64,000 bases of DNA from Candidatus Woykebacteria bacterium. GTDB lineage: Bacteria; Patescibacteriota; Microgenomatia; Woykebacterales; RBG-16-39-9b. A program made the position numbers and the translations under genes. Under the pieces are notes generated by a model, which worked only from the letters and a program-made list of their open reading frames with translations, did no database searches and had not been told where the DNA came from. Positions 39,906-49,427 of this stretch are shown one piece after another; position 1 is the stretch's first letter; each line of letters opens with the position of its first letter. Location: assembly GCA_040876265.1 (NCBI GenBank), contig JBBDPN010000001.1:118208-182207 (forward strand). The letters run 5' to 3'.

Positions 39906-40172
39906 ATGCCCGGTAATGAGAGTTGGGGTGTACATACAAGATTCGTTGAATTAATCGAAGAAGTTGGAGAGCTTGCCAACGCAATTCAGACAGAAGAAGG
40001 GTACAAAACAAAAAATCGGAAGAAATCAGAAATTATTGATTCGATTTGCGATGTACTTTGGGAGATATTGCTAATCGCGGGTATTTATAAGATCGACTTA
40101 AACAAAGAGTATCCAAAAGTTATAAAACAAATTAACGAACGCCGCGAAAAGGGTGAGTTTGATTATGTATAA
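39906..40172 (+). CDS. MazG-like nucleotide pyrophosphohydrolase
   Basis: L.EEVGELANAI...E..DS.CD.L; start uncertain (see findings). Confidence 0.8.
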   Translation: MPGNESWGVHTRFVELIEEVGELANAIQTEEGYKTKNRKKSEIIDSICDVLWEILLIAGIYKIDLNKEYPKVIKQINERREKGEFDYV

Positions 40173-40205
40173 ACCGTATAATTATACCTATATTCGAGGT
40201 TGGAT

Positions 40206-40739
40206 ATGCTAATTATTGGGGTAGATCCTGGTACCGCCACAACAGGGTGGGGGGTTATACGAAAAACAAAGGGTAAGAGTGAAAATGCCAAAAATGGTAA
40301 TTCACTGCAACTTATTGATTTTGGCTGTATTCTCACAAAGTCTACCGACGAAATGGGTGATAGGCTGTTTATCCTGAGGAGAAGTTTACAAAAAATAATA
40401 AAAGAGCACCGGCCAGAGATGATGGTGATTGAAAGATTATTTTTTGGGGCCAATGCAACCAGTGCTCTTTCAGTTGGGCAGGCGAGGGGAGTGGTATTAC
40501 TAGTCGCCAGGGAGAATAAATTAAAAACTTACGAGTACACTGGTCTACAGGTAAAACTCACTGTCGCCGATCATGGTCGAGCGGATAAAAAGGCTGTCCA
40601 AAGAGCAGTAAAGAAGCACTTGGGAATTACTCGTTTACGAAACCCGAAAGATCAATTTGGTCGCGAGGTTTTCCGTTTTAGAGATGATGCTTACGACGCG
40701 GTCGCTGCGACTATCTGCCATGTCATAAAAACGTTTTAG
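40206..40739 (+). CDS. ruvC: Holliday junction resolvase
   Basis: GVDPG.A.TGWG, ERLFF, QARGV, G.ADK, DD..DAVA. Confidence 0.93.
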   Translation: MLIIGVDPGTATTGWGVIRKTKGKSENAKNGNSLQLIDFGCILTKSTDEMGDRLFILRRSLQKIIKEHRPEMMVIERLFFGANATSALSVGQARGVVLLVARENKLKTYEYTGLQVKLTVADHGRADKKAVQRAVKKHLGITRLRNPKDQFGREVFRFRDDAYDAVAATICHVIKTF

Positions 40740-40749
40740 TGTGTAGTTT

Positions 40750-41526
40750 ATGGTAATCACCAAAAGGCAAAAGATATTTGTCAGCAGTTTACTTTTATCG
40801 GCAACAACATCGTCCTTGCCTTTTGTTGGCGAAGGAAATGAGCTACCGTTCTTAGCGGTGGTCTTGATTGCCAGCTATTTTCTTTCAGTATGGTCGATTT
40901 ATGGACAATTTTCGATCTTTGAGTTGGTAAGTCTATTCGTATTGCCAGTCACACTCACAGCAAGCTTTGGCCTTTTTTTAACTCAATTTGAGGTTGGTAC
41001 GCTAACACGGATAATTTTAGCAATAGGTTACGTGGTGGCAATTTACACTATTTTACTTTCCGAGAACATTTTCAATGTTTCGGTGGAGCGAAACATACCA
41101 CTTATCCGGGCGGCCAGAACTGTAGGATATTTAGCAACTCTTTTCGTCTCGTTTGCTTTCTTTACGTTGCTTTTCGGGCTGGACTTAAATAACTTAATTT
41201 TTTCAGTAGCTTCCACCGTAGTTGCCGTCCTATTGTTTGCCCAGGGAATTTGGCAGATTGAATTAAAATATACTGACCCAAAGCGGCTTATCTATTACTC
41301 GTTAATTCTAGGTCTTATCACTGGTGAGATTGCCGCGGCTCTCAGTTTTTGGCCTTTGGAACCGCCGAAACTTGGAATTGCTATGACTACTGCCGTCTAT
41401 GTTTTACTCGGAGTTTCTGGCCACCATATAAGAGAGGATTTGAGTAAGCGCACCGTCACAGAGTATTTGTTGGTTGCCGGTGGAGTAATACTGCTTCTTA
41501 TCCTTACGACCAGTTGGGGTATTTAA
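40750..41526 (+). CDS. Multi-pass membrane hypothetical protein
   Basis: About 9 TM segments; ENIFNVS..R.IPL.RAA motif. Confidence 0.8.
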   Translation: MVITKRQKIFVSSLLLSATTSSLPFVGEGNELPFLAVVLIASYFLSVWSIYGQFSIFELVSLFVLPVTLTASFGLFLTQFEVGTLTRIILAIGYVVAIYTILLSENIFNVSVERNIPLIRAARTVGYLATLFVSFAFFTLLFGLDLNNLIFSVASTVVAVLLFAQGIWQIELKYTDPKRLIYYSLILGLITGEIAAALSFWPLEPPKLGIAMTTAVYVLLGVSGHHIREDLSKRTVTEYLLVAGGVILLLILTTSWGI

Positions 41527-42199
41527 TTATTTTAAAAAATTCCCCAGGGTTGCGCACCCAAATTATTTATAAAAGTCAGCCCAGTTATTTTTTTGCTACA
41601 CAGATCCGAGAGTGGAGGAGTAAAATAGAAAGGCGGAAAGATCCCCCATCAAGAGTAGTACGAGCCCAAGGCAGCTAAATGATATAGTATGATATAGTTA
41701 GTTTTCACGCGTGGAAAGTATCAAAACTATAGGGTAGGGTAAGCGGTTGGTTTTTCGGGTTTGATCATAAAAAACCCGAATGAGTTGTGCCTGAACTTCC
41801 TAAGACTCATGGGGGCCCTCTCCTCCGAGGGAAGAAGGTTAAAAAGTAGCCACGAAATTGATATTTTACCCATATGTAACAATCAATTTTGACATTGTTT
41901 TTATAAGTGAGTAATAAAATTACAGCTACCGTGAGTCCGGCTTAAAGCTAAAATCATTAAAATCTACTGTTATAACGAGCAAAACATCGATTGGACTGCT
42001 AAAGGCCGTGGGCCGAAGGCCCCATCTATCTAAGATCCACCAGTATAAAAACGAGGCGCTCAGATGCTCTAGGCGAGGTTTTTATCTACTAGGAGCATAC
42101 TAGCATCCCCGCCGAAGGGAAAATAGAAACCCTATCAAATAGAAAGTAAAGAGGACTAAACAGCTTTTGTTTTACGAGCCAAAATAGTACACCCCTCTC

Positions 42200-42229
42200 T
42201 TGACAGCGTAACCAGGGTGTGGTTAAATT
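42200..42229 (+). promoter_or_regulatory. Probable xer promoter
   Basis: TTGACA(42200)-18 nt-TAAATT. Confidence 0.5.
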
Positions 42230-42236
42230 TATACAG

Positions 42237-42264
42237 ACTGAGTATAATCACCATTACACTCAGT
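42237..42264. other. dif-like tyrosine recombinase site (11-6-11)
   Basis: ACTGAGTATAA-TCACCA-TTACACTCAGT; arms are inverted repeats with one mismatch; 41 nt before the xer start. Confidence 0.75.
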
Positions 42265-42305
42265 CGATTAAGCTCCCCCGGATGGAGATTTGTTAAAATA
42301 AAATT

Positions 42306-43247
42306 ATGCTGCCGCACATCGAAGATTTTCTTTTATCCTTGCAGACTAACAACTATTCCCCCGAAACTGTCTATAATTATGATCGTGATTTAAAAGTTTT
42401 CGACCAATTTTTATCCGAAGCTGGCACTTCCTTTGATAAAGTTGATAAAACCACCATCGCCCGCTATAAGGCCTACCTCACGTCTCGCGACAGAAAAACG
42501 CCAATTAGCTTGAAAGAACAAGAAAAAATTCTAGTTTCACGTTCGGTAAATAGAATGCTGTCTAGTTTACGCAGCTTCTTAAAATTCCTTATTGAGATGG
42601 ATAAGCCGGTGCCCGTGCCGCCAGAAGCAGTGAAGCTAACCAAGACGGAGAGAAAGCACCCACAGGTGGCTGAGATGAACGAACTGATCAGCCTTATTGA
42701 GGCTCCAAATAAGTTTGAGAAAGATAAGCTAGTGACGCTGCGTAATCGGGCGATACTTGAAGTCCTTTTTGCCACCGGTATGCGCATTTCGGAACTTTGT
42801 TCATTAAATAGAAACCAGATTGACGATTCTGGAAAAATATTTATTATGGGTAAGGGTAAGAAGCAGAGGTTCGTCTATCTCACGCCCCGTGCTACCGAGC
42901 ATCTAAATAGGTACCTTTCTACCCGAAAGGACATTCTACCCGCTCTTTTTATCCCCTATGCCGGTCAAAATGTGAATAGCGCCAAAAAAAGAATCGCGAC
43001 AAATTATTTACAAGCTAAGATAAAGGAGTATCGGGAGAAATTGAAAATAAACGTTCCTACGAGTGCTCACAGTCTGCGGCATGGCTTTGCGACGTACCTG
43101 GCGGAGGAGGGAGCCTCACCAGCGGCAATTCAGATCCTTCTTGGTCACGAGTCGCTGGATACGACTACCCGTTATGTTCACGCCAGTGATCGCTTCGCCC
43201 AAGAAACTCACCGCAAATACCACCCCCTGGCTGAGGCTGATGATTAA
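42306..43247 (+). CDS. Xer-family tyrosine recombinase
   Basis: N-terminal YS..T...Y..DL domain; TGMRISE, GKG.K.R, HSLRH, LLGH, TTRY catalytic residues. Confidence 0.93.
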   Translation: MLPHIEDFLLSLQTNNYSPETVYNYDRDLKVFDQFLSEAGTSFDKVDKTTIARYKAYLTSRDRKTPISLKEQEKILVSRSVNRMLSSLRSFLKFLIEMDKPVPVPPEAVKLTKTERKHPQVAEMNELISLIEAPNKFEKDKLVTLRNRAILEVLFATGMRISELCSLNRNQIDDSGKIFIMGKGKKQRFVYLTPRATEHLNRYLSTRKDILPALFIPYAGQNVNSAKKRIATNYLQAKIKEYREKLKINVPTSAHSLRHGFATYLAEEGASPAAIQILLGHESLDTTTRYVHASDRFAQETHRKYHPLAEADD

Positions 43248-43279
43248 ACTATTTCCAGAAGCTATGCGCTACCAAAAAA

Positions 43280-44863
43280 TCAAATAGAAATAATGTACCC
43301 TTCATTCGGTTTTAATTTAAACCGTGATAGATCTACCACCTTACCTATTTCGTCACCCAATGAAGTATCGCAGATAATTTTAGGGTTTGGGTATTCTATA
43401 GAAATACTGCAGTTCTTATTAGAAAAATTTAATAATACTAATACCTTTTCCTTTCCGTCCCTTCGAATATAGGCGAAAACATCTTTACCCGGCATTGGTA
43501 ATGGAACGTAGGATCCCCTTCTAAGTGCCTCGTTCTTGTTGCGAAGACTGATGAGCTTCTTATAAAGTGAAAGCATTGAGTGCCGGTTTTTACTTTGGTT
43601 TCTTACATTTACTTTACGATAGTTTCCAGCAACTGGTAACCAAGGCTCGACTCTAGAAAAACCGGCATATTTACTACTGTCCCATTGCATAGGCGTCCTT
43701 ACAGGGTCACGCCCACCCTCTAAGCCTTCTTGCCCCGCAGAATTTCTATCGGTAATTTTTTCTTTTGGTATACGGACGTTTTTTAACCCTAACTCATCAC
43801 CATAATAAATAAAAGGAATCCCCCTCAACGTGAGTAAAAGCATAGCCGCCACTCGTGCAGCGCTTTGATCTAGTCTGCTAGATACTCTAGCGCGATCATG
43901 GTTGCTCAGAACATAGTTTGGGATGTGATGAGGTTTTAATGATCGTTCGTAAGTGTCGATAAATTTTTTAAAGCTTTTTGCATTCCAAGGAAGAAGTAAT
44001 AAATTAAGATTCAATGGCGCACAACGCGATGAATTATAATTTTTATAATAATCTATCATTCCTGGAATATCGGTGTAGTCTTCTGTTACCATAAATTTAT
44101 CTTCATAACTTTCTAGTAACTTACAAAACCTTATCAGTATTTTAAATCTTTCGGGCTGATTCATACTGTAAACATGATTCAGTTTCTTATACGGATCATC
44201 TACACCATCTTGGTAGTTATAATTAGGTAGGTCATCTCTAAACAAGGCATCTTTAACGAGCATATGGACCGCGTCAACTCTAAACCCGTCCACTCCTATA
44301 TCCATCCAAAACTTTAAGATTTTTGTCATCTCCTTCAGAATTGCTGGATTTCTCCAATTTAAGTCTGGTTGTTCTTTATAAAAAGAATGAAGATAGTATT
44401 GTCCCGTTCGCTTATCATATTCCCAAGCAGATCCACCGAATACACTTAACCAATTATTCGGAGGGGAGCCGTCTTCTTTAGGGTCCGCCCAAATATAATA
44501 ATCCCGTTTAGGATTATATTTTGAGGACTTAGATTCTAAAAACCATTTATGTTGTTCAGAGGTATGATTTGGAACAAAATCAAGAAGCACCTTTATATTT
44601 CTTTTATGCGCCTCCCCTATTAACTTGTTAAACTTGCTTAAGTTACCAAAAACAGGATCAATTTCTAAATAATCTGCTACATCATAACCCCCGTCAAGCA
44701 TAGGCGATTTAAAAATAGGCGAAAGCCAAATGGCGCCAACGTTTAGACAGTTTTCGGCATTATTACTTAAATAATCAAGTTTTTGGATAAGACCGGCTAA
44801 ATCTCCCACCCCATCGTTGTTAGAATCTTTAAAACTTTTTGGGTAAATTTGATATACTACCAT
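43280..44863 (-). CDS. GH13 alpha-glucosidase / oligo-1,6-glucosidase
   Basis: YQIYPKSF.DSN.DG.GD, VPNHTS, QPDLNW, DGFRVDA, SNHD, RTPMQW. Confidence 0.93.
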   Translation of the reverse strand: MVVYQIYPKSFKDSNNDGVGDLAGLIQKLDYLSNNAENCLNVGAIWLSPIFKSPMLDGGYDVADYLEIDPVFGNLSKFNKLIGEAHKRNIKVLLDFVPNHTSEQHKWFLESKSSKYNPKRDYYIWADPKEDGSPPNNWLSVFGGSAWEYDKRTGQYYLHSFYKEQPDLNWRNPAILKEMTKILKFWMDIGVDGFRVDAVHMLVKDALFRDDLPNYNYQDGVDDPYKKLNHVYSMNQPERFKILIRFCKLLESYEDKFMVTEDYTDIPGMIDYYKNYNSSRCAPLNLNLLLLPWNAKSFKKFIDTYERSLKPHHIPNYVLSNHDRARVSSRLDQSAARVAAMLLLTLRGIPFIYYGDELGLKNVRIPKEKITDRNSAGQEGLEGGRDPVRTPMQWDSSKYAGFSRVEPWLPVAGNYRKVNVRNQSKNRHSMLSLYKKLISLRNKNEALRRGSYVPLPMPGKDVFAYIRRDGKEKVLVLLNFSNKNCSISIEYPNPKIICDTSLGDEIGKVVDLSRFKLKPNEGYIISI

Positions 44864-44988
44864 AGTCAAGAGATGAATTTAATAATTGTGTTAAGCAACT
44901 TATGTTCGAGAAGTCCATAAATGCAGATTGTACTTCAAAAACGCTTCCTTATAATATTGGGTTTACTTGCTAAAATTATTATAACAAA

Positions 44989-46137
44989 ATGAGAATTGCA
45001 GTGATTGGATCAGTTTCAAAACCAACTCGTTATGAGACTCCCGGTGGGGTAGAAGTTTGGACCTCCCTATTTTTGTTAGAGTCTATAAAAAGAGGACATG
45101 TATTTGATTTATACTCCCTTAGGGATTCGCTACAAATACCAAATAAAATTAATCTAATCACAGTGTCTAACAAGGGAGTTGACGAGATTAAAAACTCTAA
45201 ATCGTTTGGGGAAAAACACCAACGAGAATATGATAGCGCCTCCTTACTAGGTATATTCTTTTCAAGAATAACGCTACTTATCAAAGAAAACGAACAGAGC
45301 TATGATATTGTTATTAACAGTTCGGGAAGCCCGTTATTAACTGTAAACTGGGATTTTTATAAAAAACCACTTTTAACGATTGCACATTTTGCGGCCTTTG
45401 AACCATTTGTAAGTTATTTTGAATATTTTCCTTTACCCAACAATATTTTTTACGCGTTTCCAAGTCTTCGTGAGTCTGAACTAGCTAAGGAAATACCTGG
45501 AAAGCAAAAATTTCATATTCCACACGGGGTAGACGTTGAAAAAATTACATTTAGGGAAAATGGAGCTAGAAACATACTTTGGTTTGGGCGGCTAGATCCA
45601 ACAATGCCTAAGGGTCTTATTGAAGCAATTCATATTTCCAATAAAATGGAGATCCCTATAGATATATACACACACGTTGAAGATATTAGTTATTTTAAGA
45701 GAACCGTTAAGCCACTTTTAACAAAATATACTAATTTTCAAATTAATACACCGCGTAATGATTTTTTTAATAAGGCTAAACTTTTCCTTTTACCATTAGG
45801 TTGGGAAGAGCCTTTTGGCTTAACGATACTTGAATCTATGGTTAGTGGAACACCAGTAGTTGCTTATGCGAAAGGAGCTGTTCCAGAGATAGTGAGGGAC
45901 GGTGAAACTGGTTTTATCGTAAACTCTTCAGACGATGATTTAAGAGGTGACTGGATTATTAAAAAAACTGGAATCGAGGGTTTGTGTGAAGCAGTTAAAA
46001 AGATCTATAAGATGCCAGACTCTCAGTACGCAGCAATGAGAAAAGCTTGCAGAAAGAATGCAGAAACCAACTTTACCACCGGTAAAATGGTAGATTCATA
46101 TGAAACTGCTTACCGAAAGATATTATCAGGTCATTAG
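44989..46137 (+). CDS. GT4 glycosyltransferase
   Basis: GGVE, WEEPFGL..LESM.SGTPVV. Confidence 0.9.
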   Translation: MRIAVIGSVSKPTRYETPGGVEVWTSLFLLESIKRGHVFDLYSLRDSLQIPNKINLITVSNKGVDEIKNSKSFGEKHQREYDSASLLGIFFSRITLLIKENEQSYDIVINSSGSPLLTVNWDFYKKPLLTIAHFAAFEPFVSYFEYFPLPNNIFYAFPSLRESELAKEIPGKQKFHIPHGVDVEKITFRENGARNILWFGRLDPTMPKGLIEAIHISNKMEIPIDIYTHVEDISYFKRTVKPLLTKYTNFQINTPRNDFFNKAKLFLLPLGWEEPFGLTILESMVSGTPVVAYAKGAVPEIVRDGETGFIVNSSDDDLRGDWIIKKTGIEGLCEAVKKIYKMPDSQYAAMRKACRKNAETNFTTGKMVDSYETAYRKILSGH

Positions 46138-46183
46138 GAGATCTATATTCAATTGAGTTTGTATTTAACTGCTGCCCCTTTAT

Positions 46184-47488
46184 TTATGTGGTGAAGTCTA
46201 GTATTGTGGCGGCGGTCCAAGCCTGTTCGTGGGCCCCGTAATGGCCTCCGTGTTCCACGTACTCTTTTATCTTCCCATCAAAAGCACAATAAAGCTCTAG
46301 CATTGTACCAAACTGACTAACCGCGTTGATCACGGAACTTTTTATTTGCTGGGCCTCTTTTTTATAGCCAAAATTTTCAAACCCCTCTGCGATAAGACCG
46401 TTATCAAAAGGCCAAACAGAACCATTGTGGTAGCTGCAGGGATCAAAAAACTTTGATTCTGTACTCAGTGTACGGATTCCTGCGCCCTCAACAAAAAGAT
46501 CTGGATTTAGTAATCTATGTACAACGTCTGGCATATACTGATCCTCAATTATAGACTCTGGCTTGCCGTTCTCTATAATAGACGCCCACATACAATGACC
46601 AGGGTTGCTTCTTACCGAAAGTATGTGTGCTATTTGGCCAAAGATGGCATAAACAAAGTAGTACAAATCCTTGCTGCGCATGAGAAACTTATTATTAAAC
46701 TCCTTTTTTAATTGATCGGCTCTACTTTTTAGGGTCTCTGCTCTGGTTTTATCTATATTTTCGTAGATCCTTGACCAGAGTCTCAGAGCCTTCCAGTAAT
46801 AACTTTGAACTTCAACCAAAGCGATTGGTTCTTTTGGAGGCTCTCCATAGATGAGAATAGAGTCAATGCTATCCATCCAGCCTTGATTTACCAAACCTCC
46901 GTGATCTTCTGGTCTCTGAAGTTGATATTCGAGAAAAAGTTTGTTGCCACTTTTTGGACTAAATTTTGTTAAATATTCAAAGGCTTTTTCGGCGGCAGGC
47001 AAGATATCCTCAAACAAATTCTTGTCGTTCGTAGCGTTATAATATTCCGCTGCCAGAATGAGGAAAAGAGGGGTAGCATCAACAGAGTCGTAGTTTCTTA
47101 TTGTTTTATTTGGGTAAACATACCAGTTTATTGGTTTTTTTGTGAGATAATCATACCCTTTCTCGCGGTATTCATGAACCATTTTTCCGGGTTTCTCCCC
47201 ACTTTTCAGATTTATTTCTTTTCCCCGCAACCTGATTGCTGTCCGGATAGTGTGTCGAATGATCCGTAGGAATATCTCGTCTGGTTTTTTCTCGTAGACT
47301 CTTAGTAATTTCAGACAGGTGATCATCGAGTCCCGTCCAAAATAAGCAGCGTAGCGGTCGTCCTTTCCAGAGGCGTTTATGCCAAGCGGGGTTTCTAATT
47401 CTAAGATAGCTTTATAAGCTAGATCACGTAGGGATTTTAGACCTTGTCTTTGTAGTGGTTTGTGTTGTTGATGCAGCTTTTTTGCCAT
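46184..47488 (-). CDS. Amylo-alpha-1,6-glucosidase / glycogen-debranching-like (alpha/alpha)6 hydrolase
   Basis: FGRDS, DSVDATPLF, NQGWMDS, LVEVQ, SYHNGSVWP, QAW. Confidence 0.88.
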   Translation of the reverse strand: MAKKLHQQHKPLQRQGLKSLRDLAYKAILELETPLGINASGKDDRYAAYFGRDSMITCLKLLRVYEKKPDEIFLRIIRHTIRTAIRLRGKEINLKSGEKPGKMVHEYREKGYDYLTKKPINWYVYPNKTIRNYDSVDATPLFLILAAEYYNATNDKNLFEDILPAAEKAFEYLTKFSPKSGNKLFLEYQLQRPEDHGGLVNQGWMDSIDSILIYGEPPKEPIALVEVQSYYWKALRLWSRIYENIDKTRAETLKSRADQLKKEFNNKFLMRSKDLYYFVYAIFGQIAHILSVRSNPGHCMWASIIENGKPESIIEDQYMPDVVHRLLNPDLFVEGAGIRTLSTESKFFDPCSYHNGSVWPFDNGLIAEGFENFGYKKEAQQIKSSVINAVSQFGTMLELYCAFDGKIKEYVEHGGHYGAHEQAWTAATILDFTT

Positions 47489-48500
47489 TTACTATTTCAT
47501 AATACAATTTTTCGTACTCATCTACCATCCTCTTTAAATTAAAGGTTTCTTTAACATGGTTTCTGCAGTCTCTCCTTGAAATTGATCGAATTTTTTTGAT
47601 TGCTTTTAGCATATCTTTTTCTTTTTCGACAATAAAGCCAGTTTTTCTACTTACAATAATCTCTGGCACCGAGCCTTTATTAAACGCTACAACCGGGCAA
47701 CCACAGGCCATTGCCTCGATCATTGTAAGTCCAAAGGGTTCACTCCAAGTGATGGGGTGCAGTAAACACAGGGCCTCCTTCATCAATTTGTTTCTTTCCG
47801 CCTCGTCAACTTCTCCGATCCATCTTATTTTTCCATTTGAGAGTCTGGGTGCGACGTACTGGTTGAAATAAGCGACGTCGAATTTATCCAATTTAGCGGC
47901 TATGATAAGCTCCATTTTCAGAGCCATGGCAATATCCATCGCGATATGTGTCCCCTTCTCCAAAGAAATTCTACCAACAAAAAGTAAATAATTTTTTGGC
48001 CGAGCGCTGAAAGGAAATTTTTCGATCGGAATACCATGGTGAATTGTTTTCCGCCAATTTAATTTCGGTCCTCCTTTTCGCTGCGAGTCAGAGATAGAAA
48101 CAAACTTTAGGTTTTTGTATTCTTCATAGATGTTTCTGTTTTCCAAATTGAAGGCGCCGTGGAAAGTAGTAATAGTAGGTATTGGTGAGAAATACGCTGC
48201 GGAGAAGCTATAATAATCGAGATGATTGTGGATCACATCAAACTGGGTAGCCCCCTTGTACGCTCTAGCGACGTTTAGTAGTGTGAAAGCCGCTTCATCG
48301 GCGGTGTGCATTGCTCTAAGTGAGTGTGAGGATCCAGGTATTAATTTTGCAGATGTCTCTGAATCCCCAGAAGCAAAAAGAGTTACATCGTGGCCTCTCT
48401 TAACGAGTTCTTCAGTTAGATAATAAACAATGCGCTCAGTTCCACCGTACCGTCTTGGCGGTACCCTTTCAATAAGAGGAGCTATTTGTGCAATTTTCAT
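47424..48500 (-). CDS. GT4 glycosyltransferase
   Basis: VPP..YGGTE, GHDVTLFASGDS, EPFGL.MIEAMACG. Confidence 0.92.
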   Translation of the reverse strand: MKIAQIAPLIERVPPRRYGGTERIVYYLTEELVKRGHDVTLFASGDSETSAKLIPGSSHSLRAMHTADEAAFTLLNVARAYKGATQFDVIHNHLDYYSFSAAYFSPIPTITTFHGAFNLENRNIYEEYKNLKFVSISDSQRKGGPKLNWRKTIHHGIPIEKFPFSARPKNYLLFVGRISLEKGTHIAMDIAMALKMELIIAAKLDKFDVAYFNQYVAPRLSNGKIRWIGEVDEAERNKLMKEALCLLHPITWSEPFGLTMIEAMACGCPVVAFNKGSVPEIIVSRKTGFIVEKEKDMLKAIKKIRSISRRDCRNHVKETFNLKRMVDEYEKLYYEIVNGKKAASTTQTTTKTRSKIPT

Positions 48501-48614
48501 TGGGTGTGGTTGTTTTGGGCAACCGGTTGGGCGGGATAAAATATTTTAACCCATTTTGGGTATTTATTCAAGTTGAAACGCCTCCCGACCGCTCATAGAG
48601 CAAATCAGGAGGCG

Positions 48615-49097
48615 TTAAAGATGTAGCCTACCGTGTCTGGGTCGGTAGCGCCGCTGTCGCTGGTTTTCACTGTCTCGATCTACCTCCAAAGAAGCAGTAG
48701 CACCGAACTCATATACATAGCCACATGCGAGGCACGTGCTGAACGCACCATACAGGTCTTCTTCGAACAACATGGACCCATTGCAGCGTGGGCAACTCCT
48801 GGGTGGCTTGCCGTCGGCGACAAGGTCGTTTGGTGAACTAGGAGCTTCTGCGGCGGATTGTTTTACCTTCTCTTCCACCATTGGCCCTTCGACGGCAGTT
48901 GCGTGAAGTGGTAGTGGGAGTTCCAGGGTAAAGGTTTTCAGAGGCGGTTGGGTTTCTGCTGAAGGAATCGCTGGCGGTGGTGCTACCGCTGCCGACTCTT
49001 TCACTTCAGCTGGTTCTACTAGTTCCAAACCTCGATCCGTGGGCAGTTTTCGCTGTTTGGAAAAAAACCTGTGGATCCACTCTCCCAACTGGGACAT
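48615..49097 (-). CDS. Hypothetical protein with C-terminal zinc ribbon
   Basis: AGGAGGTG SD; CPRCNG...CLACG. Confidence 0.7.
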   Translation of the reverse strand: MSQLGEWIHRFFSKQRKLPTDRGLELVEPAEVKESAAVAPPPAIPSAETQPPLKTFTLELPLPLHATAVEGPMVEEKVKQSAAEAPSSPNDLVADGKPPRSCPRCNGSMLFEEDLYGAFSTCLACGYVYEFGATASLEVDRDSENQRQRRYRPRHGRLHL

Positions 49098-49357
49098 GGT
49101 AACACCTCCTTTCTTCGTGGTGCGTCCCCTCTGGTGGCTATTTGGTTGTTAAAGAAGCGCGTCTGATCAAGATATTATCAAGGCTGCTTCCCAATTACAA
49201 TAAGTATTTTTAAGCCCCTATTTTTCTATGGGATAAATGTAGTTTTGGATATGAAATGTCCTGTAGTATTGACAAGTGGGACGATAAAATATAAACTATA
49301 GGACTGTTAATTTGCAGGTTCGTTGCTTGCAATTGCTGCTTTTTGCAGCTCTAACAA

Positions 49358-49401
49358 CAAAGCCCCTAACCCGCCAACCGGCGGGAGGGGCTTTGCCTTT
49401 T
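49358..49401. terminator. Bidirectional terminator hairpin
   Basis: CAAAGCCCCT...AGGGGCTTTG enclosing CCCGCC/GGCGGG; T-rich on both strands. Confidence 0.7.
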
Positions 49402-49427
49402 ACTAATTAACAAATCGAAATTTTGGC

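Noticed and set aside
42306-43247. Xer gene as a prophage or integron integrase
   Set aside because: About 310 aa with XerC/D architecture, no IntI-specific insertion, no phage genes and no attC-like array; the only tRNA is 20 kb away
47424-47488. 65-nt overlap between the GT4 and debranching-like genes as a frameshift
   Set aside because: Both domains look complete; the overlap covers only low-complexity termini
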